Shown here in pieces: positions 1-10,354 of a DNA stretch of 64,000 bases; within the stretch, counting starts at the first letter, position 1; every line of letters begins with the position of its first letter. The translations under genes were made by a program, and so were the position numbers. The DNA comes from Methylobacter sp. (GTDB lineage: Bacteria > Pseudomonadota > Gammaproteobacteria > Methylococcales > Methylomonadaceae), in contig JAURVK010000068.1 of NCBI GenBank assembly GCA_030655535.1, positions 7,316-71,315 on the forward strand, read 5' to 3'. Below the pieces are notes generated by a model. That model was not told the DNA's origin, searched no databases, and saw nothing but the letters and a program-made list of their open reading frames with translations.

Positions 1-969
1 TACCGGTTGTGCCGGATGGGCGCTGCCCCAGTTCCACAATTCCCAGAAAAATCCGTTGCACAAGGCGCTGAACGCCATCAGCAAGGCAGGCCCCCAATTG
101 CCTTGTGCCATTGCGGTGAACGGGTTCCATATACCTTTCCTGATCAGCTGTCCGGAGAAAATCGCCAGCGGCCCGATCCACATTACCCAGAACAGCGGAT
201 AGGGAAAAAACACCACCGCGAAGATCAGTAAGAAGCCGCCCCACAACAGCCGTCCGCCCGGTAACGTTATTTTGGGGCCGTTACTATAACGGCCGGTCAA
301 ACCGGGAAAGGTGTTAAGCAGGGTATACCATTCGAAAATGGCAGGCCAGACCGTGGTATAGGCGGTCAAATACAGCAGCACGACAGTGACATGGCTAAGT
401 TCCGGCATTGTGCTGTTGGGATAATACCAGTTGCCTAACGCGAAATAGTCGAAATACTCGAAATAGAACCAACCGACCAGCGAGACCAGGGCGCTGATGA
501 ACAGGGTTTTAGGACGCGCCGCTAACAGCGAATAACCGCCGCTGCGACGATAGGCCAGTCCGTCCAACGTTAGAATGAAACCCCACCACAACGGCGTGAA
601 GGCGTAATAGACCAAATCGCCGAAAGGCGTAATCCGCGTCCACATCAGCCACCAGAAAAATGACGTCAATGCCGCACCTAGCCAGAACCACACCGGAAAG
701 CGTGCCGGGGCGGGCTTAGGCGGCGGGGTCGGGATGGCAAAACCGAACCGTTGCGGGAACAGCAGGAAGAGTACGATGGCGGCTTCCACCAGCGCCAGCA
801 CAATGAAGATTGCCAAATTAAAACCGGGAGCACCTGCTACGAACAGCGACGGAAATACGCCGAAGCCGGGCGGAAAATGGGTTTCGGGATAAGCAATCCA
901 CGCCGCCGCTAACGGCAATACGATCGACAACACGATCGGCCAGACCAGACCACAGACACGTTGCATCAT
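1..969 (-). CDS. Multi-pass membrane protein of unknown function, truncated by window edge
   Basis: Not in the ORF track because there is no stop in the window. Manual translation from ATG 969 (SD GAGGAG upstream) gives MMQRVCGLVWPIVLSIVLPLAAAWIAYPETHFPPGFGVF..., open to position 1, with many hydrophobic Trp-rich segments. Confidence 0.75.
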   Translation of the reverse strand, partial: MMQRVCGLVWPIVLSIVLPLAAAWIAYPETHFPPGFGVFPSLFVAGAPGFNLAIFIVLALVEAAIVLFLLFPQRFGFAIPTPPPKPAPARFPVWFWLGAALTSFFWWLMWTRITPFGDLVYYAFTPLWWGFILTLDGLAYRRSGGYSLLAARPKTLFISALVSLVGWFYFEYFDYFALGNWYYPNSTMPELSHVTVVLLYLTAYTTVWPAIFEWYTLLNTFPGLTGRYSNGPKITLPGGRLLWGGFLLIFAVVFFPYPLFWVMWIGPLAIFSGQLIRKGIWNPFTAMAQGNWGPALLMAFSALCNGFFWELWNWGSAHPAQPV

Positions 970-987
970 TTTTCTCCTCGTTGGTTG

Positions 988-2673
988 TTAGAGTTGATTT
1001 ACCTGATCGTCATGGCGGCTCCGCTTGCGAAGGCGCTTGTTTGCGTACATTCGGCTATCGGCCAGATGTTTGAGCTTTTCTTGCCCCGAGGCTTCGTGGA
1101 CGTACGCAGTGCCGGAACTGGCACCGGCAGATTCAAACCCGCTGGCACGCATATCTTCGACAGCCTGTATCAGCATCGTCTCGACCCACGGCACATCGCC
1201 TTGTTCGCAGGTAATGGCAAACTCGTCGCCGCCCAGACGGTGCGCCTGCGCCCTGTCGCCCAAACGCTCGCTCAGGTGCCGGGCAAACGAACGCAACAAG
1301 CCGTCGCCGCGCTCATGCCCGAAACGGTCGTTGTAATATTTAAGGCCATCCATATCGATAAAAGTCAGACTGCCATGCGGCGGCAAGGTTTCCAGCGCCT
1401 GCTCCAGCGCCATGCGATTGGGCAGCCCGGTCAGGGCATCGGTGCGGGCAATGCTGTTACTGTGTGCCATGCGTTCCAGCGCGTATTCCTTTTCGCGGTG
1501 GAGCTGCGCAAACTGGTAAGATAACACCAGCGCCAGCAGCATGACCTCAACCGACACCGAAAACAGGCCCATGTGTTCGATGGTCAGTGTATCAAAGCCG
1601 CTACTGTTGGCTGAAATCGTTATGATTCCCAGCACAAAAAATGCGCCAATGGCGCACAGGTAAAGCCGTGCGGTAACACTACCCTCACGCATCCGCACAA
1701 TACCGGCAACCAAGCCGTAAGTCAGAAATAGGCCGACACCATAACGAGCGTTTTCCAATGACCAGTGCGGCATGATCAACGCCAGCACTATCAGGCCGCC
1801 CAGCAGCGACAGCAACACCAAGCCGGTCATATACAGGCGCGGGTAAATGTCGCACCGGATTTTCAGCAAGGCCATCACGAACAGAATATAAGCGCAATTG
1901 GAAAACAGGATGGGAAAGCTGACCAGATAAATCCAGTGCATCCCGAACAGGTCAGGAAATACCAACAGCGAGGTGCCGTTAAACAGCAGATTGCCGAGGA
2001 TGAAGAGCGAGTACATAGCCTCCGATAGGCGCCGACGCACTATCGCCAGTGTCGCATAGTAGAGCATCAAGCCCAAAAACATGCCCAGACACAGCAGCGT
2101 CAGTGTATTTCCCGGCTTGATTGCTTGTCGGTAGGTAGCCAACGTGCTCAGATAGGGCTGCGGCATGGCCAAAAAAAACGGGGATTTCAGTTCGGTCAGC
2201 AGGCGATAATGGCCGACGGGAAGATCGATTTCGCGGCCGTGACGCAGAAAAAAAGGGTTTATCTCGCTATAATTGCGGATGCCGCCGCGCAGATCGGCAA
2301 CCGGCTGTCGTTGCGTATTGACAATGATATGGCGAAAATACCCGATAGTGCTGGTGTTTTTGAGGTCCAGCACATGGCGGCCGGGGGTGTTAATTTCGAA
2401 GTCTGCCTGCTGCCAAAAATGGCCGCCGGTCAACGCGACTTGAGTTACCGGTTTGAATCCGGCAGCGGCAAGATCGGTTTGTCCCTGATAGACCCAGTCC
2501 GTCGGGGCCTGATACCAGCGTCCGGCAAGCTCAAGCATATCGGCCAGGCAGGGCCACGCCATGAGACATGCGATCACGCAAATGACCATCCGGAATGTCA
2601 TGCGCGAGAGCCCGGGTTTAAAGAACAGTTGAATTGGCCAAACTTCATCATACATCCTCGCAAAGGAATTCAA
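988..2673 (-). CDS. Diguanylate cyclase with periplasmic sensor and 7TM (7TMR-DISM-like) region
   Basis: Signal-like N-terminus, about 7 hydrophobic helices, C-terminal DALTGLPNR...DMDGLKYYND...RLGGDEF. The true start may be slightly downstream. Confidence 0.85.
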   Translation of the reverse strand: MNSFARMYDEVWPIQLFFKPGLSRMTFRMVICVIACLMAWPCLADMLELAGRWYQAPTDWVYQGQTDLAAAGFKPVTQVALTGGHFWQQADFEINTPGRHVLDLKNTSTIGYFRHIIVNTQRQPVADLRGGIRNYSEINPFFLRHGREIDLPVGHYRLLTELKSPFFLAMPQPYLSTLATYRQAIKPGNTLTLLCLGMFLGLMLYYATLAIVRRRLSEAMYSLFILGNLLFNGTSLLVFPDLFGMHWIYLVSFPILFSNCAYILFVMALLKIRCDIYPRLYMTGLVLLSLLGGLIVLALIMPHWSLENARYGVGLFLTYGLVAGIVRMREGSVTARLYLCAIGAFFVLGIITISANSSGFDTLTIEHMGLFSVSVEVMLLALVLSYQFAQLHREKEYALERMAHSNSIARTDALTGLPNRMALEQALETLPPHGSLTFIDMDGLKYYNDRFGHERGDGLLRSFARHLSERLGDRAQAHRLGGDEFAITCEQGDVPWVETMLIQAVEDMRASGFESAGASSGTAYVHEASGQEKLKHLADSRMYANKRLRKRSRHDDQVNQL

Positions 2674-2736
2674 ACGGTATCAGCCAAAATAGGAACCTAT
2701 CTAAGCATTTGTAACATAAAAAAACAGGAACTTACC

Positions 2737-3537
2737 TCACAAAACAAACAACTCCCTCATCTTCTTCCCGGGACTTTTCGCCCGCATAAACACTTCGCCG
2801 ACCAGGAAGCTGTAGATGTCATTATCCAGCATCAACTGCACGTCTTCGTGGCTATGAATGCCGCTTTCGGTGATGATTAAACGGTCTGCGGGAATATCGG
2901 CTTTTAAATCCAAGGTGGTCTGCAATGATGTTTCAAAGGTGCGCAGGTTGCGGTTGTTGATGCCGATCAGCTTGGTGTCCAGCGTTAGCGCCCTTTGCAG
3001 TTCTTCCGCATTGTGAACTTCCACCAATACATCCATGCCCAGTTTGGTTGCGGCGTCCGACAGTTCGTGCATTTGACTGTCTGCCAACGCGGCGACAATC
3101 AGCAATATACAGTCGGCGCCCAAGGCGCGGGCCTCAAAGATTTGATAGGGATCGATCATGAAATCTTTTCGGAGCACCGGCAGCGGGCAGCGTTCTCTGA
3201 CCATTTGCAGGTAAACTTCCGAACCCTGAAAAAACTCCTTATCGGTTAATACCGACAAACAGGTCGCACCGTTCATCGCGTAATCCTGCCCTATCGCGAT
3301 CGGATTAAAATCTTCCCTGATCACGCCTTTGCTGGGCGAGGCTTTTTTGATTTCCGCAATGATGGCCGGTTTTTTTGCCAAGACTTTGCTGTGCAGGGCA
3401 TTATAAAATCCGCGCGGACTTTCCACGCCTGCGGCAATTTCTTCCAGGTTGGCGATGGTCATGCCTGTTCTGCGTCTGGCTACCTCTTCGGCTTTTTTAG
3501 CGAGGATTTTTTTTAAAATATCTGGGGTATCGGTCAT
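2737..3537 (-). CDS. trpC: Indole-3-glycerol phosphate synthase
   Basis: [30 protein letters not shown] and ESGI motifs. Confidence 0.97.
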   Translation of the reverse strand: MTDTPDILKKILAKKAEEVARRRTGMTIANLEEIAAGVESPRGFYNALHSKVLAKKPAIIAEIKKASPSKGVIREDFNPIAIGQDYAMNGATCLSVLTDKEFFQGSEVYLQMVRERCPLPVLRKDFMIDPYQIFEARALGADCILLIVAALADSQMHELSDAATKLGMDVLVEVHNAEELQRALTLDTKLIGINNRNLRTFETSLQTTLDLKADIPADRLIITESGIHSHEDVQLMLDNDIYSFLVGEVFMRAKSPGKKMRELFVL

Positions 3538-3551
3538 GGTTTCTGGTCGTT

Positions 3552-4568
3552 TTATGAAGTTTTTGAATAGGCGATCAATGCATCGAATTTGGCTTTTGCC
3601 GCACCGCTGGCGATAAGCTCTTGGGCTTTTGCTATGCCCGCGCTTAAAGAATCGGTGATATTGGCTGCATAGATTGCGGCCCCGGAATTGAGCGCCACTA
3701 TATCTCTGGCCGCTCCGGCTTGATTGTCCAGCACCGATTTTACCATCACCAGGCTGGAAGCCGCACCATCAACGGCCAATTCGGCCAGACTGGCGCGTTT
3801 AAAGCCGAATTGTTCCGGCGTAATCGTGTAACTGGCGACCACTCCGTCTTTAAGTTCGGCAATGGTTGACGGCGAGGCAATACTGATTTCATCGAGCCCG
3901 TCGTCGGCATTGACCACCAGCACATGCCGGCTGCCGAGTTTTTTTAGAACGTGCGCCAGCGGCTCTACCCACTCCTTGGCAAATACGCCGATCAACTGGT
4001 TCGGCGCACCTGCGGGATTCGATAACGGGCCCAACAGGTTGAACAGGGTTCTGACGCCCATTTCTTTACGGGCATTGCGGGTGTATTTCATAGCGCCGTG
4101 ATGTTTGGGGGCAAATAAAAAGCCGACGCCGATTTCATTAACGCAGTGTGCGACTTGTTCGGCGGTTAAATCCAGGTTTACTCCGGCGGCTTCCAGCACA
4201 TCGGCGCTGCCGCAACTGCTGGAAACGGAACGGTTGCCGTGCTTGGCGACCTGCCCGCCGGCTGCGGCGACAACAAATGCGCAGGTGGTGGATATATTAA
4301 AGGTATTCGCGCCATCGCCGCCGGTGCCGCAGGTGTCTATAACATGGTCGCCTGTTACCATCACTTTTCCGGCCAGTTCGCGCATCACTTCGGCAGCGGC
4401 GGCAATTTCGTCGATGCTTTCGCCTTTACAGCGCAGCGCGATTAAGAAGCCGCCGATTTGCGCATCGGTCGCATTGCCGCTCATGATTTGTCGCATCACC
4501 TCGCGCATTTCATCGGAGCTAAGGTTTTGTTTGTTCAGCAGAACTTGCAAGGCTTGTTGTATATGCAT
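3552..4568 (-). CDS. trpD: Anthranilate phosphoribosyltransferase
   Basis: [13 protein letters not shown] and [18 protein letters not shown] motifs. Confidence 0.97.
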   Translation of the reverse strand: MHIQQALQVLLNKQNLSSDEMREVMRQIMSGNATDAQIGGFLIALRCKGESIDEIAAAAEVMRELAGKVMVTGDHVIDTCGTGGDGANTFNISTTCAFVVAAAGGQVAKHGNRSVSSSCGSADVLEAAGVNLDLTAEQVAHCVNEIGVGFLFAPKHHGAMKYTRNARKEMGVRTLFNLLGPLSNPAGAPNQLIGVFAKEWVEPLAHVLKKLGSRHVLVVNADDGLDEISIASPSTIAELKDGVVASYTITPEQFGFKRASLAELAVDGAASSLVMVKSVLDNQAGAARDIVALNSGAAIYAANITDSLSAGIAKAQELIASGAAKAKFDALIAYSKTS

Positions 4569-4603
4569 TCAGATGTATATTTTGTATTTGGAAATTGAAA
4601 ATA

Positions 4604-4689
4604 GAACGCAGATGACGCTGATGAATATGATTAAATAAGATTTTTTGACTTATCTGTGCTCATCATAATTATCAGCGTCATCTGCGTTC
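4604..4689. repeat. Palindromic element with 9-bp-periodic arms
   Basis: GAACGCAGATGACGCTGAT (4604-4622) and its exact reverse complement (4671-4689). Confidence 0.8.
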
Positions 4690-4699
4690 CATTATAAAG

Positions 4700-6055
4700 T
4701 CAGCCGTTCAACTCATCCTGCAAGCGCTGATAAATGCCGCCGAAACTGCCGTTGCTCATCAACACATAATGTCCGCCGTAACGCGCTTCAGATTTAAGCT
4801 TGGCGATAACTTCATCCAGCGATGGGTAGATTTCAATGTTGCCGGCGTACTTTTTCAGCTCGCCTAAATTCCAGCCCAGCGCTTCCGGTTGGTAGATGAT
4901 CGCCAGATCGGCATGACCCAAAGATTCCGCCAACGTTTTGGTATGCACGCCTAACCGCATGGTATTCGAGCGCGGCTCGACTATCGCGATGATGCGCTCC
5001 TGTCCCACCTGCTTGCGCAAGCCGTCCAGCGTCGTTTGTATCGCGGTCGGATGATGGGCAAAGTCGTCGTATAAGGTCACGCCGTTGATGTTGGCGATCA
5101 CTTCCATACGGCGTTTTACATTTTTAAACTGACCCAGCGCGGTTATCGCATCCTTGGGTAAAATGCCGACATGTCTTGCGGCAACTATCGCCGACAACGC
5201 GTTGTAGACATTATGCTCGCCGGTTAACGACCACTCGACACAGCCTTGGGCTTGGTTATCCATGACTACCTCGAATTGACTGCCGTCGCCGTTGATTAGC
5301 CGGGCGTTCCATTGCGCGTCCGAGTTGATCGAAGTCTTCGCAACCGGCGTCCAGCAACCCATCGCCAATACCTCATTGATATTGGCATCGCATTCAGGGC
5401 TGATTATCAGGCCCTCGCCGGGCACCGTCCTGACCAGATGGTGAAATTGTTTTTTGATTGCCTCCAGATCGGGAAAAATATCGGCATGGTCGTATTCCAG
5501 ATTATTCAGGATGACTGTTCTGGGGCGGTAGTGGACAAACTTTGAGCGCTTGTCGAAAAACGCGGAATCGTATTCATCGGCCTCGATCACAAAAAAGTCG
5601 GATTCTCCCAGCCGCGCCGAAATACCGAAATTTAACGGGATGCCGCCGATCAAAAAACCCGGATTAAAACCCTGATGTTCCAATATCCAGCTGAGCATGC
5701 CGGTGGTGGTGGTTTTACCGTGGGTTCCGGCAACGCCCAGCACCCATTTGCCCTGCAACACATGCTCTGCCAGCCATTGCGGACCGGACACGTATCTGAG
5801 CCCCCTGTTAAGCACCGCTTCGACTTCCGGGTTGCCGCGCGACAAGGCATTGCCGATAATCACCAGATCGGGTTTTCCGTCCAGATTTTCAGCCCGATAG
5901 CCTTCCATTAACACGATGCCTTGCTGTTCGAGCTGTGTGCTCATCGGCGGATAAACGTTTTGATCGGAACCGCTGACCTGATGCCCCAGCTGCCGCGCAA
6001 TGACGGCCAGCCCGCCCATAAATGTGCCGCAAATACCTAAGATGTGAATATGCAA
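4700..6055 (-). CDS. mpl: Murein peptide ligase
   Basis: MHIHILGICGTFMGGLA, AGTHGKTTT, EADEYDSAFFDKRSKF and DDFAHHPTAI motifs. Confidence 0.96.
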   Translation of the reverse strand: MHIHILGICGTFMGGLAVIARQLGHQVSGSDQNVYPPMSTQLEQQGIVLMEGYRAENLDGKPDLVIIGNALSRGNPEVEAVLNRGLRYVSGPQWLAEHVLQGKWVLGVAGTHGKTTTTGMLSWILEHQGFNPGFLIGGIPLNFGISARLGESDFFVIEADEYDSAFFDKRSKFVHYRPRTVILNNLEYDHADIFPDLEAIKKQFHHLVRTVPGEGLIISPECDANINEVLAMGCWTPVAKTSINSDAQWNARLINGDGSQFEVVMDNQAQGCVEWSLTGEHNVYNALSAIVAARHVGILPKDAITALGQFKNVKRRMEVIANINGVTLYDDFAHHPTAIQTTLDGLRKQVGQERIIAIVEPRSNTMRLGVHTKTLAESLGHADLAIIYQPEALGWNLGELKKYAGNIEIYPSLDEVIAKLKSEARYGGHYVLMSNGSFGGIYQRLQDELNG

Positions 6056-6075
6056 TGTCTTATCCTGAGTTGAAA

Positions 6076-6612
6076 TTATTTTTTGCCTAGCGGTTTTGTG
6101 TCGGGCTTATCTCCCGGTTTTCCATCTGCGCCGTCTTTGCTTGTCGCTTCTTCTATCGGCACTTCCGCCTCTTCTTTTGCCCCGGCTTTCTCCAGTATCT
6201 CAATAACTTTTTTATGGGCAATTTTTTGGGCTCTGCCCATAACAGTCACATTTTGTTTATCCAGGGCATTAACATCGGCTCCGGCTGCAATCAATAAATT
6301 GACAATATCTTCATTGCCGAAAACCAGCGCATCCATTAACGCTGTTACGCCTAAATTATCGGCGAGGTTTATATCGGCTCCGTACGCTAACAGTAATTTA
6401 ACAATGCGTACATTGCCGTTAAAGCTAGCGGCCATTAAAGCGGTGCGACCGCCGGATGTTTTACTGTTAACATCTATCCCTTGCGCCAGCAAAGCTTCTG
6501 CTCTATCAATCTTGCCCATCATTGCCGCCGCAAATAAATCTTGACCATCTTCTGCATGCGTCGCTGTGGACAAGACTAATAATAGGATTAAAAAGCAGTC
6601 TTTGTATTTCAT
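6076..6612 (-). CDS. Exported ankyrin-repeat protein
   Basis: Signal peptide followed by GRTALMAA...LLAYGADIN and GVTALMDA...GADVN repeats. Confidence 0.9.
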   Translation of the reverse strand: MKYKDCFLILLLVLSTATHAEDGQDLFAAAMMGKIDRAEALLAQGIDVNSKTSGGRTALMAASFNGNVRIVKLLLAYGADINLADNLGVTALMDALVFGNEDIVNLLIAAGADVNALDKQNVTVMGRAQKIAHKKVIEILEKAGAKEEAEVPIEEATSKDGADGKPGDKPDTKPLGKK

Positions 6613-6683
6613 ACTGAATAGTTACTTGCGTTTAATGAAAAGTTACGATGAAATAATCAATATATAACCCATATGATCTAATA

Positions 6684-7061
6684 ATGAACGAAAAAAACAA
6701 AATAATAGTTGAGGCCACACCTCTTTTTATAGAAGCGCAATCTTCTCCCGATGAGGATCGCTATGTCTTTGCCTACACTATCACTATTACCAATGCCGGA
6801 GAAATACCGGCAAAACTGCTCCAGCGTCATTGGCTGATTACCGATTCCAATGGCAAGATCCAGGAAGTCAGGGGCGATGGGGTCATAGGCGAACATCCTT
6901 ATCTTAAACCCGGCGAGTCTTTTCGTTACACCAGCGGCGCGATGATAGAAACACCCGTCGGCACCATGCAGGGCGACTATACGATGCATTCGGATGATGG
7001 CGATAATTTCAGGGCAGACGTACCCCGGTTTACCTTGTCCATCCCAAGAACCCTGCATTAA
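6684..7061 (+). CDS. apaG: ApaG protein
   Basis: YVFAYTITITN, RHWLITD and GDGVIGEHP motifs; adjacent to apaH. Confidence 0.95.
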   Translation: MNEKNKIIVEATPLFIEAQSSPDEDRYVFAYTITITNAGEIPAKLLQRHWLITDSNGKIQEVRGDGVIGEHPYLKPGESFRYTSGAMIETPVGTMQGDYTMHSDDGDNFRADVPRFTLSIPRTLH

Positions 7062-7063
7062 CA

Positions 7064-7909
7064 ATGTCTATTTATGCTATCGGTGATATTCAAGGCTGTT
7101 TTGATGAATTATTAAGACTCCTCGATACCATTTGTTTTAATGAGCATACCGATCAACTGTGGTTTGCCGGTGATCTGGTCAATCGCGGCCCTAAATCTTT
7201 AGAAACCCTCCGTTTTGTCAAATCGCTGGAAGATTCTGCAATCGCGGTGCTCGGCAACCATGATTTGCATTTACTGGCTGCGTCCTGCGCGCCCAAAATA
7301 GCCAATAAAAAAGACTCGCTGTTACCGATACTTGAAGCGCCGGACAGGGACGAGTTAATCGATTGGCTAAGACATCGTCCATTTTTCCATTTTAACGATG
7401 ATTTCTGCCTGCTTCATGCCGGTCTTCCGCCACAATGGGATTTTAAAAAAACCCAAAAAATGGCCTTGCTGGCGGAACAGGCTCTAAGAAGCCCTGATTA
7501 TCAGGCGTTTTTAAAACAAATGTACGGCAACAAGCCCAATATTTGGTCATCCAACTTAAAAGGCGTCGAAAAGCTGCGTTTTATCATCAATTGCTTTACC
7601 CGTATGCGTTATTGCGATGATGATGGCCGACTGGATTTTGTCCATAGCGGGCCTATCGGCTCTCAACCCAAAAGTCTTGTTCCGTGGTTTACGGTGCCTA
7701 AACGTAAAAACGCAGACATGCGCATTATCTTCGGTCACTGGTCCACCTTAGGCTATTACGAGGGGCAAAACTGTTACGCCATCGATACCGGCTGCCTTTG
7801 GGGCGGCCGACTCACCGCTTTAAAACTGGGTGAACCGGTGCAGCGTTTCAGCATTGATTGCCCGGAATCTAAAAAGCCCAATAAAAATTATCCGGCTGTA
7901 GCAGGTTAA
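7064..7909 (+). CDS. apaH: Symmetrical diadenosine tetraphosphatase
   Basis: GDIQGC, GDLVNRGP, LGNHDLH, FGHW and DTGC motifs. Confidence 0.96.
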   Translation: MSIYAIGDIQGCFDELLRLLDTICFNEHTDQLWFAGDLVNRGPKSLETLRFVKSLEDSAIAVLGNHDLHLLAASCAPKIANKKDSLLPILEAPDRDELIDWLRHRPFFHFNDDFCLLHAGLPPQWDFKKTQKMALLAEQALRSPDYQAFLKQMYGNKPNIWSSNLKGVEKLRFIINCFTRMRYCDDDGRLDFVHSGPIGSQPKSLVPWFTVPKRKNADMRIIFGHWSTLGYYEGQNCYAIDTGCLWGGRLTALKLGEPVQRFSIDCPESKKPNKNYPAVAG

Positions 7910-7921
7910 CCTATTAACCCA

Positions 7922-7969
7922 TGTAGGAGCGGCTTTAGCCGCCCAGTGGCGACTGAAGTCGCCCCCACA
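7922..7969. repeat. GTAG-type REP doublet
   Basis: TGTAGGAGCGGCTTTAGCCGC...GCGACTGAAGTCGCCCCCACA between convergent apaH and folA; near-identical copy at 40036-40080. Confidence 0.8.
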
Positions 7970-8007
7970 TCCAGTTGCTTAACCGTCAGAATAAAGTTGA
8001 CTGAGTG

Positions 8008-8499
8008 CTAGCCTTTTCGTTTTTCCAGCTTCAAAAAACTGTAGCTGAACGATACATCGGGATCGTCGTCTATATCTTCCCTCTCCACCTCAAGCCATTG
8101 ATCAGCATCCATCTCGGGAAAAAACGTATCGCCGGGGAATTCCTGATGTATTTGCGTCAGGTAGAGCGTATCGGCAACAGGCAGCATCGACTTGTAAAAA
8201 TCCGAACCGCCGATAACAAAAATCTCATCGCTGTCGCCGCAACTTGCCAGCGCCTGGTCAATGTCGTTAAACACCAGACAGCCCGGTTGGCTGTATGACG
8301 GATTCCTGCTGATAATGATATTGGTGCGCCCCGGCAACGGCCTGCCTATCGATTCATAAGTTTTTCTGCCCATCAAAATGGGCGCCCCCATGGTTATTTT
8401 TTTAAATCTTTTAAGGTCGGCGGACAAATGCCAGGGCATTTGATTGTTCAGGCCGATAACCCGATTGCTCGCCATCGCAACGATAAGTGATATTTTCAT
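8008..8499 (-). CDS. folA: Dihydrofolate reductase
   Basis: MPWHLSADLKRFK, MGRKTYESIGRPLPGR and GDTFFP motifs; start taken at MKISLIVA. Confidence 0.96.
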   Translation of the reverse strand: MKISLIVAMASNRVIGLNNQMPWHLSADLKRFKKITMGAPILMGRKTYESIGRPLPGRTNIIISRNPSYSQPGCLVFNDIDQALASCGDSDEIFVIGGSDFYKSMLPVADTLYLTQIHQEFPGDTFFPEMDADQWLEVEREDIDDDPDVSFSYSFLKLEKRKG

Positions 8500-8547
8500 T
8501 TTAATGCAGTATTCTTTAGCCATTGAATTTTACTCAAGCATCATACT

Positions 8548-9567
8548 ATGAAAAATATACTGGTTGTATTTACCGGCGGAACTATCGGTTCTGTTGCAAC
8601 TGACGGCACCATCAATACAGCTGGCAGCGCATCATTCAAATTGATTCAACTGTTTCAACAGCATGACGAAAATCACCGTCAAATCCATTTCGACACCATC
8701 CAGCCCCTACAGATTTTAAGCGAGAACCTGGCTCCCCGTGCCTGGAAAACCATCATTGCAGCCATAGAAGCCAGTCAGCCCGGGCAATACGACGGCATCA
8801 TCATGACTCACGGCACCGATACCTTGGCTTATACAGCTTGCGCGTTGAGCTTTTATTTCCATGCCGCCCAGATTCCGCTGCTGCTGGTTGCCAGCGATTA
8901 TCCTTTGAATCATCCTAAAGCCAACGGTATTGAAAACTTTATCTGTGCTGTCGAATTTATCCTGCAAATAAACCGCCCCGGGATTTTTGTTCCCTATCGA
9001 AACCAACAGCAAACGACCCAACTTCATAGAGGCACTCGCCTGACCTGTTCCTTACAGTTAGGCGGCGATTTTTTTAGCGTTCAGGGTAAGAGTTATCTGC
9101 AATTTGAAAACCGGCAGTTTTCATTATTAAATTCAGCTGCCCAACAAACGTCGACCCGGCGTATCCCGTTAAAAGCCGATTTTTCCGAGCGTATTTTAAT
9201 GATAAAACCCTATCCCGGACTGGATTACACCAGATTCAACCTGGAAAATGTCGATGCTGTTTTGCATGATTTATATCACTCCGGCACCGCCTGCGCATCC
9301 TTGCAATGGGGCGAAAACTATTCGTTAGTAGAATTTATAAAGCGCTGCAAAAAACAAGATGTCAGCGTTTATCTGGCTCCGGCGATTAAATCAGCCGATG
9401 CCTATCAAAGTACACAAACTTTGATTGAGCAAGGCGCTGAAATAATCTGGAATATGTCGATTGAAGCCGCTTATGTAAAACTGCTGCTGGCTTACGGCAA
9501 TTTTAATGATAAGCGGGAAATAATGGATTTTATGATCGAAGATATTGCCGGTGAACATCTCTCCTAA
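8548..9567 (+). CDS. Asparaginase/glutaminase family protein
   Basis: TGGTIG and THGTDT catalytic motifs. Confidence 0.85.
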   Translation: MKNILVVFTGGTIGSVATDGTINTAGSASFKLIQLFQQHDENHRQIHFDTIQPLQILSENLAPRAWKTIIAAIEASQPGQYDGIIMTHGTDTLAYTACALSFYFHAAQIPLLLVASDYPLNHPKANGIENFICAVEFILQINRPGIFVPYRNQQQTTQLHRGTRLTCSLQLGGDFFSVQGKSYLQFENRQFSLLNSAAQQTSTRRIPLKADFSERILMIKPYPGLDYTRFNLENVDAVLHDLYHSGTACASLQWGENYSLVEFIKRCKKQDVSVYLAPAIKSADAYQSTQTLIEQGAEIIWNMSIEAAYVKLLLAYGNFNDKREIMDFMIEDIAGEHLS

Positions 9568-9579
9568 AACAGTAATACC

Positions 9580-10194
9580 TTACTCAGCAATAAAGTGATT
9601 CTGATAATCTTCCATAGCTCGTCTAATCACCTCATGCGCTTCTTCCCGTCCGTAAACATTGGTTATTTCGCAGGAGTTCTTTTCGCTCGGCAGGTGTTTA
9701 TAGGTCAGGAAGTAATGTTTCAGGCGATTGATATAAGACTCCGGGCAGTCTGATACGTCATTCCATTGCCGATAAAACTCGTCGCCTTTCATCACCGCAA
9801 TAATCTTGTCGTCGGCTTCTCCTCCATCCAGCAAACGGAAACCGCCGATCGGTATCGCTTGTAAAAGAATATCGCCATGCGTCACATTGCGCTCACTTAA
9901 AACGCAAATATCCAGCGGGTCTCCATCGCCTTTGATAACGGTTTTTCCCGATTTTATTGCGGCATATTCGGCAACTCTGCCTGCGCAATAAGTTTGCGGA
10001 ATAAATCCGTACAACGTAGGAACGGTATTGGAAAACTTTTGCGGTCGGTCGATTTTAAGATAGCCGGTTTCTTTATCGATTTCGTATTTGACGGTATCCG
10101 ACGGGACGATTTCGATGAAAGCCGTAACGATGTCCGGCGCATGGTCGCCCGGACTGATGCCGTGCCAAGGGTGTGCTTTGTATTGTATATTCAT
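9580..10194 (-). CDS. ppa: Inorganic pyrophosphatase (family I)
   Basis: HPWHG, KYEIDK, YGFIPQT, DGDPLD and DDKII motifs. Confidence 0.93.
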   Translation of the reverse strand: MNIQYKAHPWHGISPGDHAPDIVTAFIEIVPSDTVKYEIDKETGYLKIDRPQKFSNTVPTLYGFIPQTYCAGRVAEYAAIKSGKTVIKGDGDPLDICVLSERNVTHGDILLQAIPIGGFRLLDGGEADDKIIAVMKGDEFYRQWNDVSDCPESYINRLKHYFLTYKHLPSEKNSCEITNVYGREEAHEVIRRAMEDYQNHFIAE

Positions 10195-10271
10195 AGATGA
10201 TAGTTAATTTTCCTTAGAAAATAGCCGGTTATTAAAAAATGGAATATAGATACTGCAGATTAAACCGATAA

Positions 10272-10299
10272 AAAAGGCAAAAGGCAAAAGGCAAAAGGC
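10272..10299. repeat. Heptamer tandem repeat (AAAAGGC)x4
   Basis: Read directly; related heptamer runs at 52376-52409 and 55869-55887. Confidence 0.85.
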
Positions 10300-10354
10300 A
10301 AAAAAACCTTGCGCCTACAAATCCGTATCGCCTATTTTTGGCATCCGTGTCTCA

